A DNA stretch of 61,937 nucleotides, counting the filler, from Vannella sp. (lineage: Eukaryota), in assembly GCA_023345925.1 (NCBI GenBank). It is 7 parts of 7 records of this genome, joined end to end, with 100 filler letters (N's around TTAATTAATTAA, not from the genome) between each part and the next. Parts side by side here need not be neighbours in the genome. Positions count along the whole stretch, not along the records: positions 30,154 to 37,050 come from JAJQQN010001413.1; positions 37,151 to 42,211 come from JAJQQN010000189.1; positions 42,312 to 48,289 come from JAJQQN010001124.1; 4 more parts are not named here. The stretch is one strand, 5' to 3'. Each line of letters opens with the position of its first letter. The first letter of the stretch is position 1. This document shows, piece by piece, positions 32,340 to 45,700 of this stretch. The notes below the pieces were generated by a model. That model was not told where the DNA came from, ran no database searches, and saw only the letters and a list, made by a program, of their open reading frames with translations. The position numbers and the translations under genes are program-made.

Positions 32340-33999
32340 TCATTTTTCGGAATTGTCCCGGAAATGTAAATTGGACCGAATCAATCCAGCCCATAAATCC
32401 AACACTACAAGCTGACCCGAGAACTCCCAAGTGCGCTCTTTTGTTTGAAGCCGTACGCGGTAGGGGAACTGGGAGCCTCTCGCCAGGTCCGACTCGAGAG
32501 TCACTTCGACGACTCTCAATAACTCAATGCGGCCGAGCTCTTTGAAGGGCTGGGAAGGAGGACCGTAGACAATCTCTCCCGTTGAAACTAATCGGAATAG
32601 GCGCTGCTTCCATGCCCTCCGAACTTTTCCACGTTTCCAAAAAATGGCTTCGAGGATGACAAAGTAATCCGTGTCACCCTCCCTCTCTCGAAGGTGACTT
32701 TCGAGAGAGATACAATCGCTTCCATTGCTCACTCCTAACTCAGCAAAATCGATATCACGCATAGCCGCAAAGGTCTGAAAGGTGATTGCCTTTCCTCGGA
32801 ATAGGTTTTCGTACTGCGAAAAGCAAAATTTGCGGAGCCATATGGCGATAAAAGGGTCAATATCGGTGGGAATCTGAACTTCTCCAGACGATGCGTCAGA
32901 TAATAACCCTAGAGGGACCTCCGTCAAAGCAGATCGACTCCTATAGAGTTCTTTGGGAACTTCAGTTGATAGTTGGCGGTGCATTGCAGGTCCCATTTGA
33001 GAGTGATTACGGTTTCTTTCTCTTTCTGCTCTTTGATCACGAAGTAAATGAGCTGGGAATCGAGAGGCAAAATCATAAGAAGGCATCTTTGCATGACCTC
33101 TCCTGGGGACGACCCTCTTCACCTCCAACGGAGCCACACCCTTGGCCATTGAGTAAACAGTCCTCCCTGGATGTTGAGCATACTGTTCGTGAATCTTTTT
33201 GAGCAACTCAGACACCCGCTGTTATGAACTCGAGAGTTTCGAGTCACAAAGGCAGAGAATGTCAATGTGAACTTCCAACTCCTTGGCTTTCATCTGCACC
33301 AATCGAGGGGAAATATGTTTGTGCTTGCGATTACTATGGTCTGAAGTCCCGAATCGGTCAGCAACATCTCTTATCTCCACTTCATGGAGCTTCGTTGACC
33401 GTATGGACTGAACTACGCGAAGTCTCTGTGTCAAGACGTCACGGATGTATGTGATTAACTGATCGCATGAAGGACCAAGTAGAATGCGAATCTCCATCGT
33501 GCTGAAGAGGGTCTTCTTCGAGAGGGAACGGAGAAAGGAGACCAGACACTCGCATACGAAGTGATGACCGTCCGATTGGGCAGGGAAGCTTTCAATTGCA
33601 GGGAAGAAAGGTGCCTCAAGGAAGAGACGCTGCTCGGTGATCTCTAGGATCTGCTTTGTCCTATCTAGGAGACTTGAAGTGTAAGAGGTCACGTCCATCT
33701 GTTGGTTTGCGAGGCGATGAGCAGGAGGATCCCCTGATGCATCATACAAGGAAGTGTTGGTTTCCCTCTCTCCTTTTGGAAGTTCTATAGAGCTCTCCTC
33801 CTCCTCTTCTCGCGACCCCGAGTAGGTAACCAAATCCAAAATGGATCCTTCTCCATAAGGAATGGGCACCAGCTCCCCTTCAGCGGCCAGGCATACGACC
33901 TGCCACTCCTCAGAGAACTAAAGAAGCAGGTGGTTAGCGCAGTACCCCGACGTTCCAACGGCCACCAACATGCTTGTGCAGCCACGCGAAAGTGGACAT
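32340..33999 (-). CDS. SAM + PH domain protein (multi-exon)
   Basis: SAM: IAIWLRKFCFSQYENLF..ITF..DFAELGV. PH: WKRGKVRRAWKQRLFRL..ERTWEF..W. An intron at ~33222-33275 links the two track ORFs in phase. The 5' exon MSTFAWLHK is tentative. Confidence 0.7.
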
Positions 34000-34068
34000 C
34001 CTAGCAAAAAATGGACAATCAATTGAAACGAATAAAATGTACTGAGGTCGTGTTCGAGCAGGAGGCCA

Positions 34069-34671
34069 TTGGATGACAAACATGGGAGAAAGTGCCTGAG
34101 CCCTCCTTCCCTCCACTCATCCGAACTTCCTCAGTTGGCTGGGTATGGCCTCCAAGTCGCCCTGCAGGTACCAAGTACTCTTGCTATGTTCTGTGCCCTG
34201 CATCACGCGGTAGCGAGGAAAGAGCTGCTTTTCTGTTCCTCACACTCCCTCTCCCTCTCCCTTCCCAGGTACCTCTACTTGCCCCACAGTCATCTACTCA
34301 ACCGAGAACCAAGCCAGTCCACTTCACCGGCGAAGGAGAGTACGCCAAAGTCCCCGCCTCCCAACGCCGCACAAAGTCCAACTAAACGGGGCCTCTCACG
34401 CCTCTCACTCTCCTCCTCACTCTCGCAACGTCTTCAGCGACCTCTTGGGACAGCTAGGGAGCACGGGAGACCTTTCTTGGGGAGCGCTATTCACATGCGA
34501 AGCATGTGGTCTCTCTTACAACCGAGGGCCAGTTCCCGTTTTTTCCAAAGTTGCACTCTTTGTCACTGTGACAACAAGATAGAGGACCTCGACACCTTCG
34601 TGGACAACATCAAAGAGAACCTTCTTCGCACCTCAGCACTGAACCGCCTGCCCGAACTTCTTCAGCGATGA
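34069..34671 (+). CDS. Hypothetical protein (probably spliced)
   Basis: 200-aa ORF with a Ser/Pro-rich centre and amphipathic C-terminus. Several GT..AG candidates. No family recognised. Confidence 0.3.
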   Translation: MDDKHGRKCLSPPSLHSSELPQLAGYGLQVALQVPSTLAMFCALHHAVARKELLFCSSHSLSLSLPRYLYLPHSHLLNREPSQSTSPAKESTPKSPPPNAAQSPTKRGLSRLSLSSSLSQRLQRPLGTAREHGRPFLGSAIHMRSMWSLLQPRASSRFFQSCTLCHCDNKIEDLDTFVDNIKENLLRTSALNRLPELLQR

Positions 34672-34696
34672 TTTAATGAAGAATGTGATATAATCT

Positions 34697-35436
34697 ATGA
34701 ATGCCGATTTAATTCGATCAAAGCTTGGGAAACCAATCCAGTTCCCCAATTCCATGGAGAAGTCAGTATTTCCTTATATGGAAGGACTTCAGTCCTATCT
34801 CGGGCTTTTGAGCTAACTCTTGGTGTTCGTCCTGTAGATCGATCGTAAGGCTAGCTTGAGGAAGGTGGATAACCTTCATTACGCTATCCTCACATGTTTA
34901 ACACGCGTGCCCTCTCTCCGTCTCAAGCTACTGCGGTAGCCAACTTTGAGGCTCACTTGCGCCTTGGTACAGCTCAAACATGGGTTGAGTCTCCCCATGA
35001 GGTTCCCCTTCACTCTGGTCACTCTTCTTTCATTGGCAACCACATCTCCATGCTCGACCTCCGAACCGTAGGCCCCAGCTGGTCAAGCCCGAAGGTTATC
35101 TCCTTGGAGCGCCTCACCTCAGTGGATGGCTTTCTCCACCTCACCGTTGCTGAAGTCTATCACGACCACACATTCCAGAAGGAGTTCTTCCTTCGGAGTT
35201 GGATCCTCCAAGCGTCGGATTACCTCATGAATGCTCGGTACTCCTTCATCTGGTGCGAACGGGGAACAGACGTTTTCGTCAGCAGTCCCTCGAGTTCCCC
35301 ACCAAACCAGACCTCTCAATGGGGCAACCTTTGCTTGCCAAGTCAGAAAGAGGAGTCCTTGTTCGATTGGGAAGGAGTTCCTCAACACTCGCAATCAGTG
35401 GTCGTGATCGACCATTCCAACTTTTCCATGTTCTAG
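34697..35436 (+). CDS. Hypothetical protein (multi-exon, structure unresolved)
   Basis: ATG at 34697, intron-like CTAAC..TAG signals, and a 180-aa 3' ORF with globular composition. Confidence 0.35.
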
Positions 35437-35494
35437 ACAGTCTCCTGTCTCTGTTTCTGTATACGAATTCTATATATTACACTTACTTCTTGAT

Positions 35495-36551
35495 TCACCT
35501 GCCAATGTGAAGGGCGGCCTCCAAACAGGATTGGAAGTAGCTCATCGAAAGCCAACTCACAATAACTGTGGCACCCACAAAGCTCTTTGAAGAGTGAGCC
35601 TCATAGGCCTCCGGTATGACTTCTGTGAAAATCATCCAAACCTGCTTGGATTAGGAGAGTAAGGAAGGCCTGAGGTGACTCACCATTGCGCCAGCGGAGA
35701 AGCTTAGGCCGAAGGGTAAGATGGCGGAAAAGACTTCTACGAACCAATAAGATGGGATGGCCATCAGAGGTTGTGGAAGGGCAGAAAAGGTGGCCCACAG
35801 CTGGAAGAGTGTCACTAGAATTCGCCCAAACCCGCTCTTCTGACTCACCGTGGCACTCAGGGGGGAAACCCCTTTTGATACCAGCACCAATGCCACAGTG
35901 ATTCCTTCCGGGAGATTGTGAATGGCCATCGCAATGTTGATAGAGAATCCCAAGGAAAGTCCACCGCCAAATGACATGCCCATTCCTATCCCCTCTGCCA
36001 GGGAGTGGACAGTCATCACTCCAATAAACAAGAGTACTTTTCGAGCGTCTTTGCCATGCAACGATGATATGACGAGGTCCTCACGGCCAGAGAGGCAATA
36101 GTCACTCCACACTGCCACTCGTTAGGAACATCAGACCATACAAAAGTATCCTCTTACAAACAAAGAGCACTCCAAGGGCTAAACCGAAGAGGGTGTTGCT
36201 AGTGCTATATGCAAGAGCTTCACGAGAGAGTGACAAGGAGGCAGAGAGCATCATCCCTGCAGCCGCGCTGTTGAACAAGCAGATCCACTTCGAGGAGAGA
36301 TTCTCGAAGAAGAAGAACGGGACTCCTCCAAGACCAGAGGATACAGTACTCATCATCGTCAAAGCCACAACGATCCAAATAGAGCTCTCGGTTGCAACTC
36401 CACCTGGAGAGTCAAATTGGTCCACTGGCTCGTCATCAGGAACCTGATAAAGGAGAAACAGTTGCCCAACGATAACCATAACAAAGTAGAGTGATAAGAG
36501 TGCCCACAAGTGACCTGGCGATCGAAGTAAGCGTGCGAAAGTGTCATTCAT
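35495..36551 (-). CDS. ZIP (ZupT/GufA/ZIP11-type) zinc/metal transporter (multi-exon)
   Basis: SAAAGMMLSAS, TM4 HSLAEGIGMG, TM5 AIHNLPEG, SALPQP, and FSAGAM|VWMIFTEVIPEA. The stop TGA is at 35495. Confidence 0.9.
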
Positions 36552-36705
36552 AGCCCAAAAGGTCCTCGACGCATCGGCTCTTGTCAAACAAGGGCTGGTT
36601 TGGGTGGCTCCCAACAAAATGATATAAATCTCAACTCTCAGGTGTATTGTTGTGATGGAAAATTAAGTGTACAATGGCTGATCATTTGGCAACAGCGGAT
36701 CAAGT

Positions 36706-36948
36706 TCACGCATCGATCTCCCGGACAGGAACAAGAGATTCAGGGTGGTAAGGGTGGGAGGGTATGTCCATTCCAGACCAGCGCTTGGGGGCCTTGTACT
36801 TGCGAAGAAAGTTGTAGATGTGCTGCACGTCTTTGAAGCGTTTTCTATCGTTTGCTTTTCGCGTCTGAGATTCCTTCATTCCATATGGCTGCCGACCTCC
36901 CAGAAGAACTTCCGAGACCCCAAAGCGAGCGACCCGCGTGCAGAACAT
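36706..36948 (-). CDS. Probable mitochondrial ribosomal protein mL60 (MRPL31)-like
   Basis: 80-aa basic protein with a presequence-like N-terminus and LLGG..SQTRKANDRKRFKDV, similar to the mL60 motif (LGG..S.TRKAN.RKRL..V) as I recall it. Confidence 0.45.
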   Translation of the reverse strand: MFCTRVARFGVSEVLLGGRQPYGMKESQTRKANDRKRFKDVQHIYNFLRKYKAPKRWSGMDIPSHPYHPESLVPVREIDA

Positions 36949-37050
36949 TGGGGAGTTGAAAAAATAGGCAGACTAGACTCATATGACTCAAATTTGCTTT
37001 TGAAAGTGATTATGATCATTAATCGATTGTTTGGAGGATTCAGCCAGAGG

Positions 37051-37150
37051 NNNNNNNNNNNNNNNNNNNNNNNNNNNNNNNNNNNNNNNNNNNNTTAATT
37101 AATTAANNNNNNNNNNNNNNNNNNNNNNNNNNNNNNNNNNNNNNNNNNNN
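37051..37150. other. Artificial contig-joining spacer
   Basis: N44-TTAATTAATTAA-N44. Confidence 0.99.
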
Positions 37151-39104
37151 TTTGGTCTTTCAGAAGGGCAGTGGGAGTGGAGATCAACGTCCACAAGAAG
37201 AGAAGGAACACACTTGGCAGGACCATGATGATCCACACGACGAGGACTTGCAAGTCCGTGATCTTCTTGCGCTTCAGAGGAGAGCGGAAGATCAACCAAA
37301 TGCGGATGTTCTTGGCTGAAAGGGCAGCAATCATGCAGACCAAAGGCAGTCCCAAAAGCCAAGGCTGGAATCCGCACCCAACAGCATTCGGCTGTCCGAA
37401 CCAAGCGAAGATCGAACTGAAGCCCACAATGATGGAAGCGATGATAATGAAAAGGAAGGGAAGACTACCAGAACGGATGCGTTGGAGCGGGCGGAGATAA
37501 CCAAAGGCGAAAGTGAAGCAGCAAGTGAACACTGAAAAGGCTATTAGCAGAGCAGTGGCTATTGCAGTGATGATGAAAAGAGCCATCCAATTAGAGCTTC
37601 CACATCCGTAGGATTCATCAGAGAAGTTATAGCAGTCCATGAAAGCGTCACAGTGGTAGTGGCCAGCAATATTCTCAGCGTTTGGACCTGGCGGGTCCAA
37701 CTTGATAAACCCAGAGAGATCCTTCTTGAACTTCTTGTCTTTACAACTCCAATAGCGAACAGATGGGCGCACATCAGTCGTTGGAGGAGTGTCTTTACCA
37801 TTGGGGAAGATTGGCCTGAACTCCAGCTTGATTCCAGAAGTGCCATTGATGGCTTCGTATTCGGTAAAGTTCCCGATTGGCACAAATCCGTGGTCACCTT
37901 CCTCAGTATCTTGCAGATTGACAATACTAAAGAAGGCCAGGCGGACATAAGTCTTTGGATTGAGGATGATAGGTCCAGTTAACCCTTCGAATCGCGTGCT
38001 GGCCAGTTTATCCATGAATTGTGGGAGAGACTTGGAGGTGCCGCTCGAAAAAGTTCTCACAAATAGTTCCACCGCATCGTAAGCGAAAGCTGAGTAGAGA
38101 GGTGCTGATCTTTTGCCGCTTCCAGAGTAAACTCGAGGGTCTAGTTTCTCCCAATTGTCCAAAAACTGCTCGTAAGGCTGACCGATTCCTCCAGCCAATT
38201 TGATGGCAATGAGACCACGAGCCAGGCTCTTTGGCAGCGGTAGTTGCTTTCCAGTTGTTTGGTTGGTGAAGAACTGAGAATCACTCACAAAGGATCCTCC
38301 CAGCCACACAAACTTGGCTCCCGTCATGTGATACCGATTGGCTTCTAGAAAGATCCTCCGTGCGTCTTCAGGAGAGCTAGGCAGAGAGATGATCACTCTT
38401 ACTAACGCATCACGAAGGACGCTCATTTGGGAACCAAATGAGGATTCACCGGGAGTGAATTGGACTGAAGTGAGAGTCACATCGGAGCCAAGATTCTCCC
38501 GGAGCCTTTCAGCAGTCCCAACACCGTAGTCATTAGCAGAGAACATAACTCCCACGTTTTTCCAGCCATAAAGAGAGACGAGCTTGGCCAGTGCCAGACC
38601 TTCTGATGCATACTCAGGTATCACTCGTGCTAGGTAGGGGTAGCTGTCGTTGTTTGTCAGAGAGTTGGCTTGTGAAGCGTACGAGATCTGGGGCAGCAAG
38701 TAAAGTTTCGCCAGCAAGGCGATTGAGGAGGTGGCTACGGGGTTATGAGCCCCAATCACTCCAAACATGTTGAATTCTTTGCGAGCAAGAGTTATGGCTT
38801 GGATAGCTTGACCTGGATCACTGCTGGTGTCGTAGTTCTGATTCACAAGTGTGACGTTGCCCGCAAATGAGGAGTTCTTCAACAGCTTGAACGAGAGACG
38901 CGCTGCCGCCTCACTGGAGCTTCCAAACTCAGAGAGATATCCTGTAAGAGGGAATAGTCCCGCAAGCCTTAGCTCTGTAGCCTCCCTGGCCTTGGTAGGG
39001 GCAAGGAGGACTGCCAAGAGCACCAACAGGGAGAGGGATCGACTGAGGGACGGATTGGGTCTCCAGCTGGTTACTGAAGCGGAATAAAATAGAACGCACT
39101 CCAT
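37151..39104 (-). CDS. Family C (GABA-B/glutamate-like) GPCR: Venus flytrap + LDLa-like module + 7TM (3' truncated)
   Basis: Signal peptide. ANF-receptor motifs LAGLFPLTG, PQISYAS, YPYLAR, YGWKNV, AYDAV and FEGLTG. TM1-4 with CGFQPWLL..LSAKNIRIWLIF, typical of 7tm_3. Confidence 0.88.
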
Positions 39105-39732
39105 TTGAAGGACCCAGAGGGGTGATAGCTCAACGATCAGACAGGGGTTTTCACATGAGCTTCGTAGATTGCCTTGATCTCCCTCCAGACCCGCACTCAA
39201 GGAGCTACATCTATCTACTGAGTGACGACAACAGATGGAGGTTGAGACTTCAGAGAGAACAGACCGGTCCATCAACGAAGAAGGGACGAAAAATGTCTCT
39301 ACAGACCACTAAACGCACACAAGCCATTGGTTGAGAAATTTGCACTAAAATGGGGAAACATAATCGAGCAGACAGAAGGTGGACCACAGAAGCGGAACCA
39401 GCTCAGGATAATAATCATGCATTTATGCTAGTCGAACTGAAAAGCTTCTACATTCGGCTGGCACCTTGTGTGTAAACGCAGATGACAATTTTATGTTTTG
39501 AAGCGGGCTACTCTTCCATCGTTTGAGATCCCTCTATCACGTGCCAGGAAGTGGATTGGTAATCAGTGGAAGTAGACTGCTGCCCTTCCCCAATCTATTG
39601 AGTCCTTTGCCGCACCCAAAACTCAGAGATGAGCCTCATTCAGCTGAAAGGAGATTTTCGTAACAGCACCAGGATGCGGGGTCAAGTACATAACTTTCAG
39701 TTCGTAGAAGCGTTTCAGTGTTTGTTTGGAAG

Positions 39733-42057
39733 TTAATCAGTTTGATTGTTGGGGTCTTGGAGATGTTTCTGTTTGAGAGTGCGGAATTTAACGCCTTGAT
39801 TTGTCAGCTTTCTCCACTTCTTCGTCATGTTTAAGCGATGTGTGATGCGCAAGCGTTTCTGTCGTGATACATAGTAGTCGTAGAAGGCCTCTTCTAAAAT
39901 TTTAGCTTTTGGCTCTGGGACAATGACCCCTTGAATGTCTGGAGCAGAAAAGCCCCCTTTGACATCCTTCCATCCAATCATGGCTCCTGGAGCGTCAATT
40001 TGTAGTTTCTTTGCCACAGTAACTACCGTCATGTTAGTTTAAATCCTGACTATTTCGTAGGTTGTACACATACATATTCCAGAAGGGAGACGAAGGTGGA
40101 CACATCCAATGGGAACCATCCAGGGGTGAAACAAATAAACATTTCCAAACTTATTGGTTGGAACTTTTCCGTCTGGAAGGAGTGGAATGGGCTCAAAAAT
40201 CACTGTTTGCCACAAGCCGTACAGTTTAGTCTGGGGATAAACCCCGAACCGATCTGCAACTGCTTTGTTCGAAGGGACCTCTTTGCATGGAGTCTCTTCT
40301 TCACTTGGTTTGATTGAGCGCCCCTTCTCCAGCCATTTCTCAACAGAATGCAGAGTGTGCAAATGACTTCTCAGGTAAACAAGTTCATCACGGAATCTAG
40401 AGACACTTTCTTTAGGGTAGATTCCCTGATATTTTCCAACTTGCGACTCCAAGAGATAGAGCGGATGTTTTTCAAAGCCGTTGTTTGTTGAGGGAACCGG
40501 GACAGCTTTCTCAACCTCGTCATTTAGAGCTTGATCAATCTTATACAGGTGAGAGAAGTTTTCGTTCGGCTGAATGAAGCATTTGAGGGTCTCTTCAAGC
40601 CAGGAAGTATCGAGAGCATCCAGCAAACGATTCCGTTTAGCATGAAGCCAGTCTTCTGTGTATCGGAAACTAACATCAAAGATAGCGTTCTGATAGAAGG
40701 CAAGGCAATAGTAGATGCATCCTTGGTGATTACAAAGGCTGACCTTCTTTTTGGCCCTCTTGGTGACTGCGGAAAGTTTAGACTCCTTTTTTGCTTTTTT
40801 CTTTGGAGGCTGTGATTCAGGTTGAGTCTCCTTCTTGACTCTTTTCTTGGGAGGTTCTGATTCAGGTTGTGTCCTCTTCTTCACTCTTTTCTTTGGGGGA
40901 TCTGATTCAAGTTCAGTTGTTTCTTCTTCTCCTTCTATTTGATCCAAGGAATCGGAACTTTTCAACAGTTTGGGTGACACTGGATGATGTGGAGTTGTCT
41001 TTTGTGGGAGAAGAGTTTCATTCTCTGTGTGATACATTCTTGCGCGCTCAAAGAAGAGGGGATCGCCCATTTCTTTGCTCAGAATCTCCACAGAGATCCA
41101 TTTCAACTCCTCCTCACACAGTAACTCAATCCATGTGGACCAAACATGATCGGTTGTTTGTAATCTATCATAATCTTCTCCTTCTAATGTGTTTGTAGCT
41201 CTTGCCATTGCAGCAACCTCGTCTTTTGAGCCCTGGACGTGCACTCCGATCACATCAGCTATTCCCACCAAGCGGACAGTCAGTGAGAGGATCTGACTGC
41301 TGATCAACATAACTATGATCGCTTCTATGTGGCTGAGCACCCCTTCAGATATGCTGAAGGCGATGATGTCCTCTGAAAGCACCACTCGTGCATTCGCATC
41401 GATCGGGCTGATCTCAAAGGTCTCATGGAGCCAGACAAGTAGCTGCGTCATTCTCTCCTGCTCAACAAAGCCCATAGACTTCCTCTTTCGGGTCTTTGCG
41501 GGAAGGAACAAGGGCGGAGGCAAAAGGGAGAGTACCATCCCTTTCAGGGCCTCATTCTCAGCCCAACCCGCAATGTACCGGTAGTGTGCAATCCAGACCA
41601 GTAAGTGGACCTTGTGAAGGTTCACAGCCTCTTCTTTGAGCTTCTTCGTGACTCGCTTGAAGGTGGTTCTCTTCTTGGGAGCATTCTTCTTTGCTTCTGC
41701 CTTCTCAAGCTTCTCTCGCTTCTTCTCAGCACGACTAGTACGAGACATGCGCACCATGTTATGAGGATGCTTGCCTATTTGCTCGAACTCTTCGCTCAGA
41801 CTCGGTTCATGAGGAACGATGGTCATTAGCGCAATCTCTGCCTCGGAGAGAATCGGAAGATTGTCCACCTCGTCTCCCTCTTCTGAGAGATCCGAGAGGG
41901 GATCATCATTATCATCATCATCATCCTCGTCAGCGTTCTCCAACGATCCGGAAGGAGGTTCAGGCGAAGGATCAAGAGCGGGAGCATCAAGCAGGTCGAA
42001 CAAGTCGCCTACTCCCTCCAGCATATCAACCTCGGAAAGGTTGAAGTGACTCTCCAT
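39733..42057 (-). CDS. XPC: DNA repair protein XPC/Rad4
   Basis: LHKVHLL, a transglutaminase-like region (W.E..W), DVSFRY, KHPLYLLE, VY.R..LHTLHS..W, LYGLWQT and VPTNKFGNV..MVPIGCVHL. After an intron at ~40027-40075 it continues AKKLQID..GW..G..P..QGVIV. Confidence 0.92.
40790..40910 (-). repeat. 39-nt-period triple repeat encoding ES(D/E/Q)PPKK(R/K)(V/A)KK NLS-like units in XPC
   Basis: Three consecutive ~13-aa units are visible in the protein and the DNA. Confidence 0.75.
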
Positions 42058-42211
42058 CCCCTCACAGAGTCCTACTTGAAGCTGATTGCTCGCGGTAATG
42101 GACAGCGCATCATGGTCAAAGCCATGAAAGTTCCGAAAAGTGATAATCGTTGTAAATTAATTTGCTAGTATGTCTCTCGGTGTGTGAAAACCTTCAGAAA
42201 GGCAGGGTTCA

Positions 42212-42311
42212 NNNNNNNNNNNNNNNNNNNNNNNNNNNNNNNNNNNNNNNNNNNNTTAATTAATTAANNNNNNNNNNNNNNNNNNNNNNNNNNNNNNNNN
42301 NNNNNNNNNNN
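42212..42311. other. Artificial contig-joining spacer
   Basis: N44-TTAATTAATTAA-N44. Confidence 0.99.
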
Positions 42312-42748
42312 CGTACTCGCTATCACCTTGGAAATGCCAAGTGAGCAACTTTCATTATCTCGCCCACCCAAAACTGTGAGCAAGAATCTCTGATAGAACC
42401 AGTTCGAAAAGATGAGAAAACACAAACTGTTCATCCATGATCAGTCAATAAAGATACTTCCCAAATAACTCTCGCAGTGGGAAGGTTTGTTCCCACAAGC
42501 TCCTGTCAGCCATTCCCCTGAGATCGACTCGACCATTCCGCGGTTATTGAAGAACCAAATGCGAATCTAACGATCAATTAGGATGCCTCGATCTCCTAAC
42601 TTATAACTCGAAACAGATAAGAGGCCTTTTGCATGTCTCTGATATGAAACATCACCCACTTGTCTCTTGGACTGAAAATCTCAAGTCAGGTTTAGTGGCT
42701 GTGGGGGTGTTCGGTCAGTTCGAGCCCTCCGTCCATTGAATGAACAGT

Positions 42749-45700
42749 TTAGGCGAATTGTTGAGTAAAAGAGTCTTGGCAGGCGAGGCGGATCTTCTCA
42801 GAGGTGGCTGGCGCTGAGAGGGCGAAATAGTCGTCCGGTAATTTGGCATCAAGGCGAGCAGAACGGCATGCTTGCTTAATGGCAAAGAGGGCGCTCGCAC
42901 CCAGGAAGAAGGGAGGCTCCCCCACTCCCTTGGAGGAATAGACGGCTTTCTGATTGTACGAGTCTTTCAGTAAGGTAACGCGGAAGTCCACCGGGACATC
43001 ATTAAACGAAGGAATCTTGTAAGTTCCTGGACCACGAGTGAATTGGAACCCATTATCAAGCCAAACAACTTCTTCGAGAGTGCTCCAGCCTAGTCCTTGA
43101 ACATAGGCGCCCTCAATTTGTCCAATATCAATGGCAGGATTCAGACTTTGCCCTAAATCCATCAAAATGTCGGCGCGGCGGACGTAAAAGTCACCTGTGA
43201 GCACATCAATCTCTACTTCTGAGCATGCTGCTCCCCACACAAAGTAGTTGAAGGGTGTTCCCTCGCTGGTAGCAAAGTTATAACCCACATCGGGGGTTGC
43301 ATAGAAGCCATGGGCGGAGAGATCGACCCTGTCAAAGTAAGCAGCAAGGATCAGCTGCTCCCAAGTGTGTTCTGGGAACTTCTCTCGGACAGAAGCAAGT
43401 CGCTCGACAATCTGTTCGCAGGCATCCAACACTGCCATGCCGTTCAGGTCAGATTGAACAGAAGCAGCAGTGGGGCTAGTATTGGGAACTTTGTCTGTGG
43501 CAGTCTCCGTGATGTAGACCTTTTCCACTGGTATCCCAAATGCCCGGGCTGCAATTTGGGCCATCTTTGTATGAAGCCCTTGTCCCATTTCAGTTCCTGA
43601 GTGACTGACCAGAACAGTACCATCAGTGTAGACATGTACAAGCGATCCAGCTTGATTCAAGAACTTCGCTGTGAAGGACATTCCAAATTTAACTGGAAGA
43701 ACAGCCAAACCGCGCTTCTTCCAGCGGTTCTCGGCATTGAATGTGTTCACAAGGACCTGGCGTTGCTCGTATTCAGCAGTTTCAAGAATTTGAGTGTACA
43801 AACGATCAATGTGGTTGTCCGAAGGGACTTGCTGATAGTGAGTGGACTGACCTGAGCGGTAGAAATTGAGACGGCGCAGTTCGTGGATGTCTTTCTTGAG
43901 GAACAGAGACATTCTCTCCAGCCAAGTCTCACAGATGAGCATGGATTGAGGGCCTCCGAACCCGCGGAAAGCTGTGTTGGAGGTGATGTTGGTTTTACAG
44001 CAGTAACCAGTAGCCTTGACGTTAGGAATCTTGTAGCAGTTATCAACATGGAAGAGTGCCCTCTCCATCACATTGACAGAAAGGTCGGCAGAGTTGCCTG
44101 CATGACTATAAAGGTCAATTTCCAAGGCTTGAATGCTGCCATCCTTGTTGAAACCAAGTTTGTACTTGCCCAGGAAGGGATGACGCATTCCAGTGATAGT
44201 CATATCCACTTCTCGGTCCAGAGTGATTCGAACAGGCTGGCGAATGCGGTATGCAGCCAAGGCAGCTGCGCAAGCCACTTGGCAAGACCGTGTTTCTTTG
44301 CCTCCAAATCCACCTCCCATTCGCTTCACCTTCACGACTACCCGAGAGTTGGGAATGCCAAGCACATGTGCCACCAGTATTTGTGTCTTTGTGGGGTTCT
44401 GCGTGGAGCTAATAATCTCCATCTCGTGGCCTTCTCCAGGCGAGGCCAAGGCAGTATTGGGTTCCAAGTAGAAGTGATCTTGTGCTCCCGATTGCATTTC
44501 TCCCTCAAGAATATGGTCACAAGTCTTGAAGGCTTCGTGAACGTCCCCATCCACAATCCCAATGATGGGTTCGTAAAACTGTTTGGCGCTGATTGCAGCA
44601 GGGATGGTGAGGATGGGAGTCAGATCCTCGTACTCTACTTTGACAAGCAAGGCTGCTTCACAGGCTTTTTCGTGAGACGTGGCAACAATGAGACCGATAG
44701 GTTGGTTCATGGCTGTCACCAAAGTAGTGGGGAAGAGTGGCTCGTCGCTTTTCACGACTGGACCGATCTCGTTCTTCCCCACAACATCTTTTGCGTCAAG
44801 GAAGGCGACAACGCCTGACATCTTGATTGCCTCCGAAGCATCCACGCTCAGAATGCGGGCATGAGCGCGGCTACTGAGGACGAACGCTCCACACAACACC
44901 TTCCCAGTGTTGATGTCATCAGCATAAATCGCCTCACCAGAGACTTGCTTGTGAGCCGCAAGATGGGTTACAGGGAAGGTGACAGGGGTCATCCCTTCAT
45001 CACTCTGGTAGGTTTGTTGCCCTCGAGACACTTCTCGATGGAAATCGGGAATGGCGGAGAGAAGCTCTGAGGAAACGGACTCCGGAGCGATGGACTGACT
45101 CACTCGAAGGAAGAATTTGTAGAAAAAGGTGGTTGTCAGTGTTCTTCGGAACTGAATCATTCCTCCTGGAGCGTTGGGTGGCAATGGAAGGTCCTCTTCA
45201 AGGAGCTTGAATGCCTTTGGAAGGATATCAGCATTCCACTCAGCCCCAACCAGCTCTGCTTCAGTTTTTGGACAGAAGACTGTTGTTGGAGCCATCCCTC
45301 CGTACCCAAAAGCAATCTCTTTGACAAAGTGCTTTCCTTCCTTCGCTTCCAGGCAGACACGGATGCCCGAAGTGACTACTGCAATATCATCTTCGCGCCG
45401 GCGAGCCTGTTTGTAGGCGTGGAAGAACTCGTTCTCCCGAGTGAACGGAATGAAAATGGATTTGAGAACTTCTGTCGGCTGAAGGGCCACTTTCCGGTAT
45501 CCCAAGAAGAACTCACGCACAGGCAAGGTTCTTTCGCCGCCATCAGCAGAGCAAAGGGTGAGCACAGCCTTTGCTGCAATCAGGACAGGGTTTAGGTCAG
45601 AGATTGGGCTCGCCGTGCAGAGGTTGCCCCCGATAGCTGCTGCATTCCGAATCTGATTGCCCGCAAACCAACGGATTTGGTGCAGGAAAGCCGTGCATAC

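Noticed and set aside
43883..44818. 311-aa plus-strand ORF (and other ORFs opposite XDH)
   Set aside because: Antisense shadow of the highly conserved XDH, explained by codon bias.
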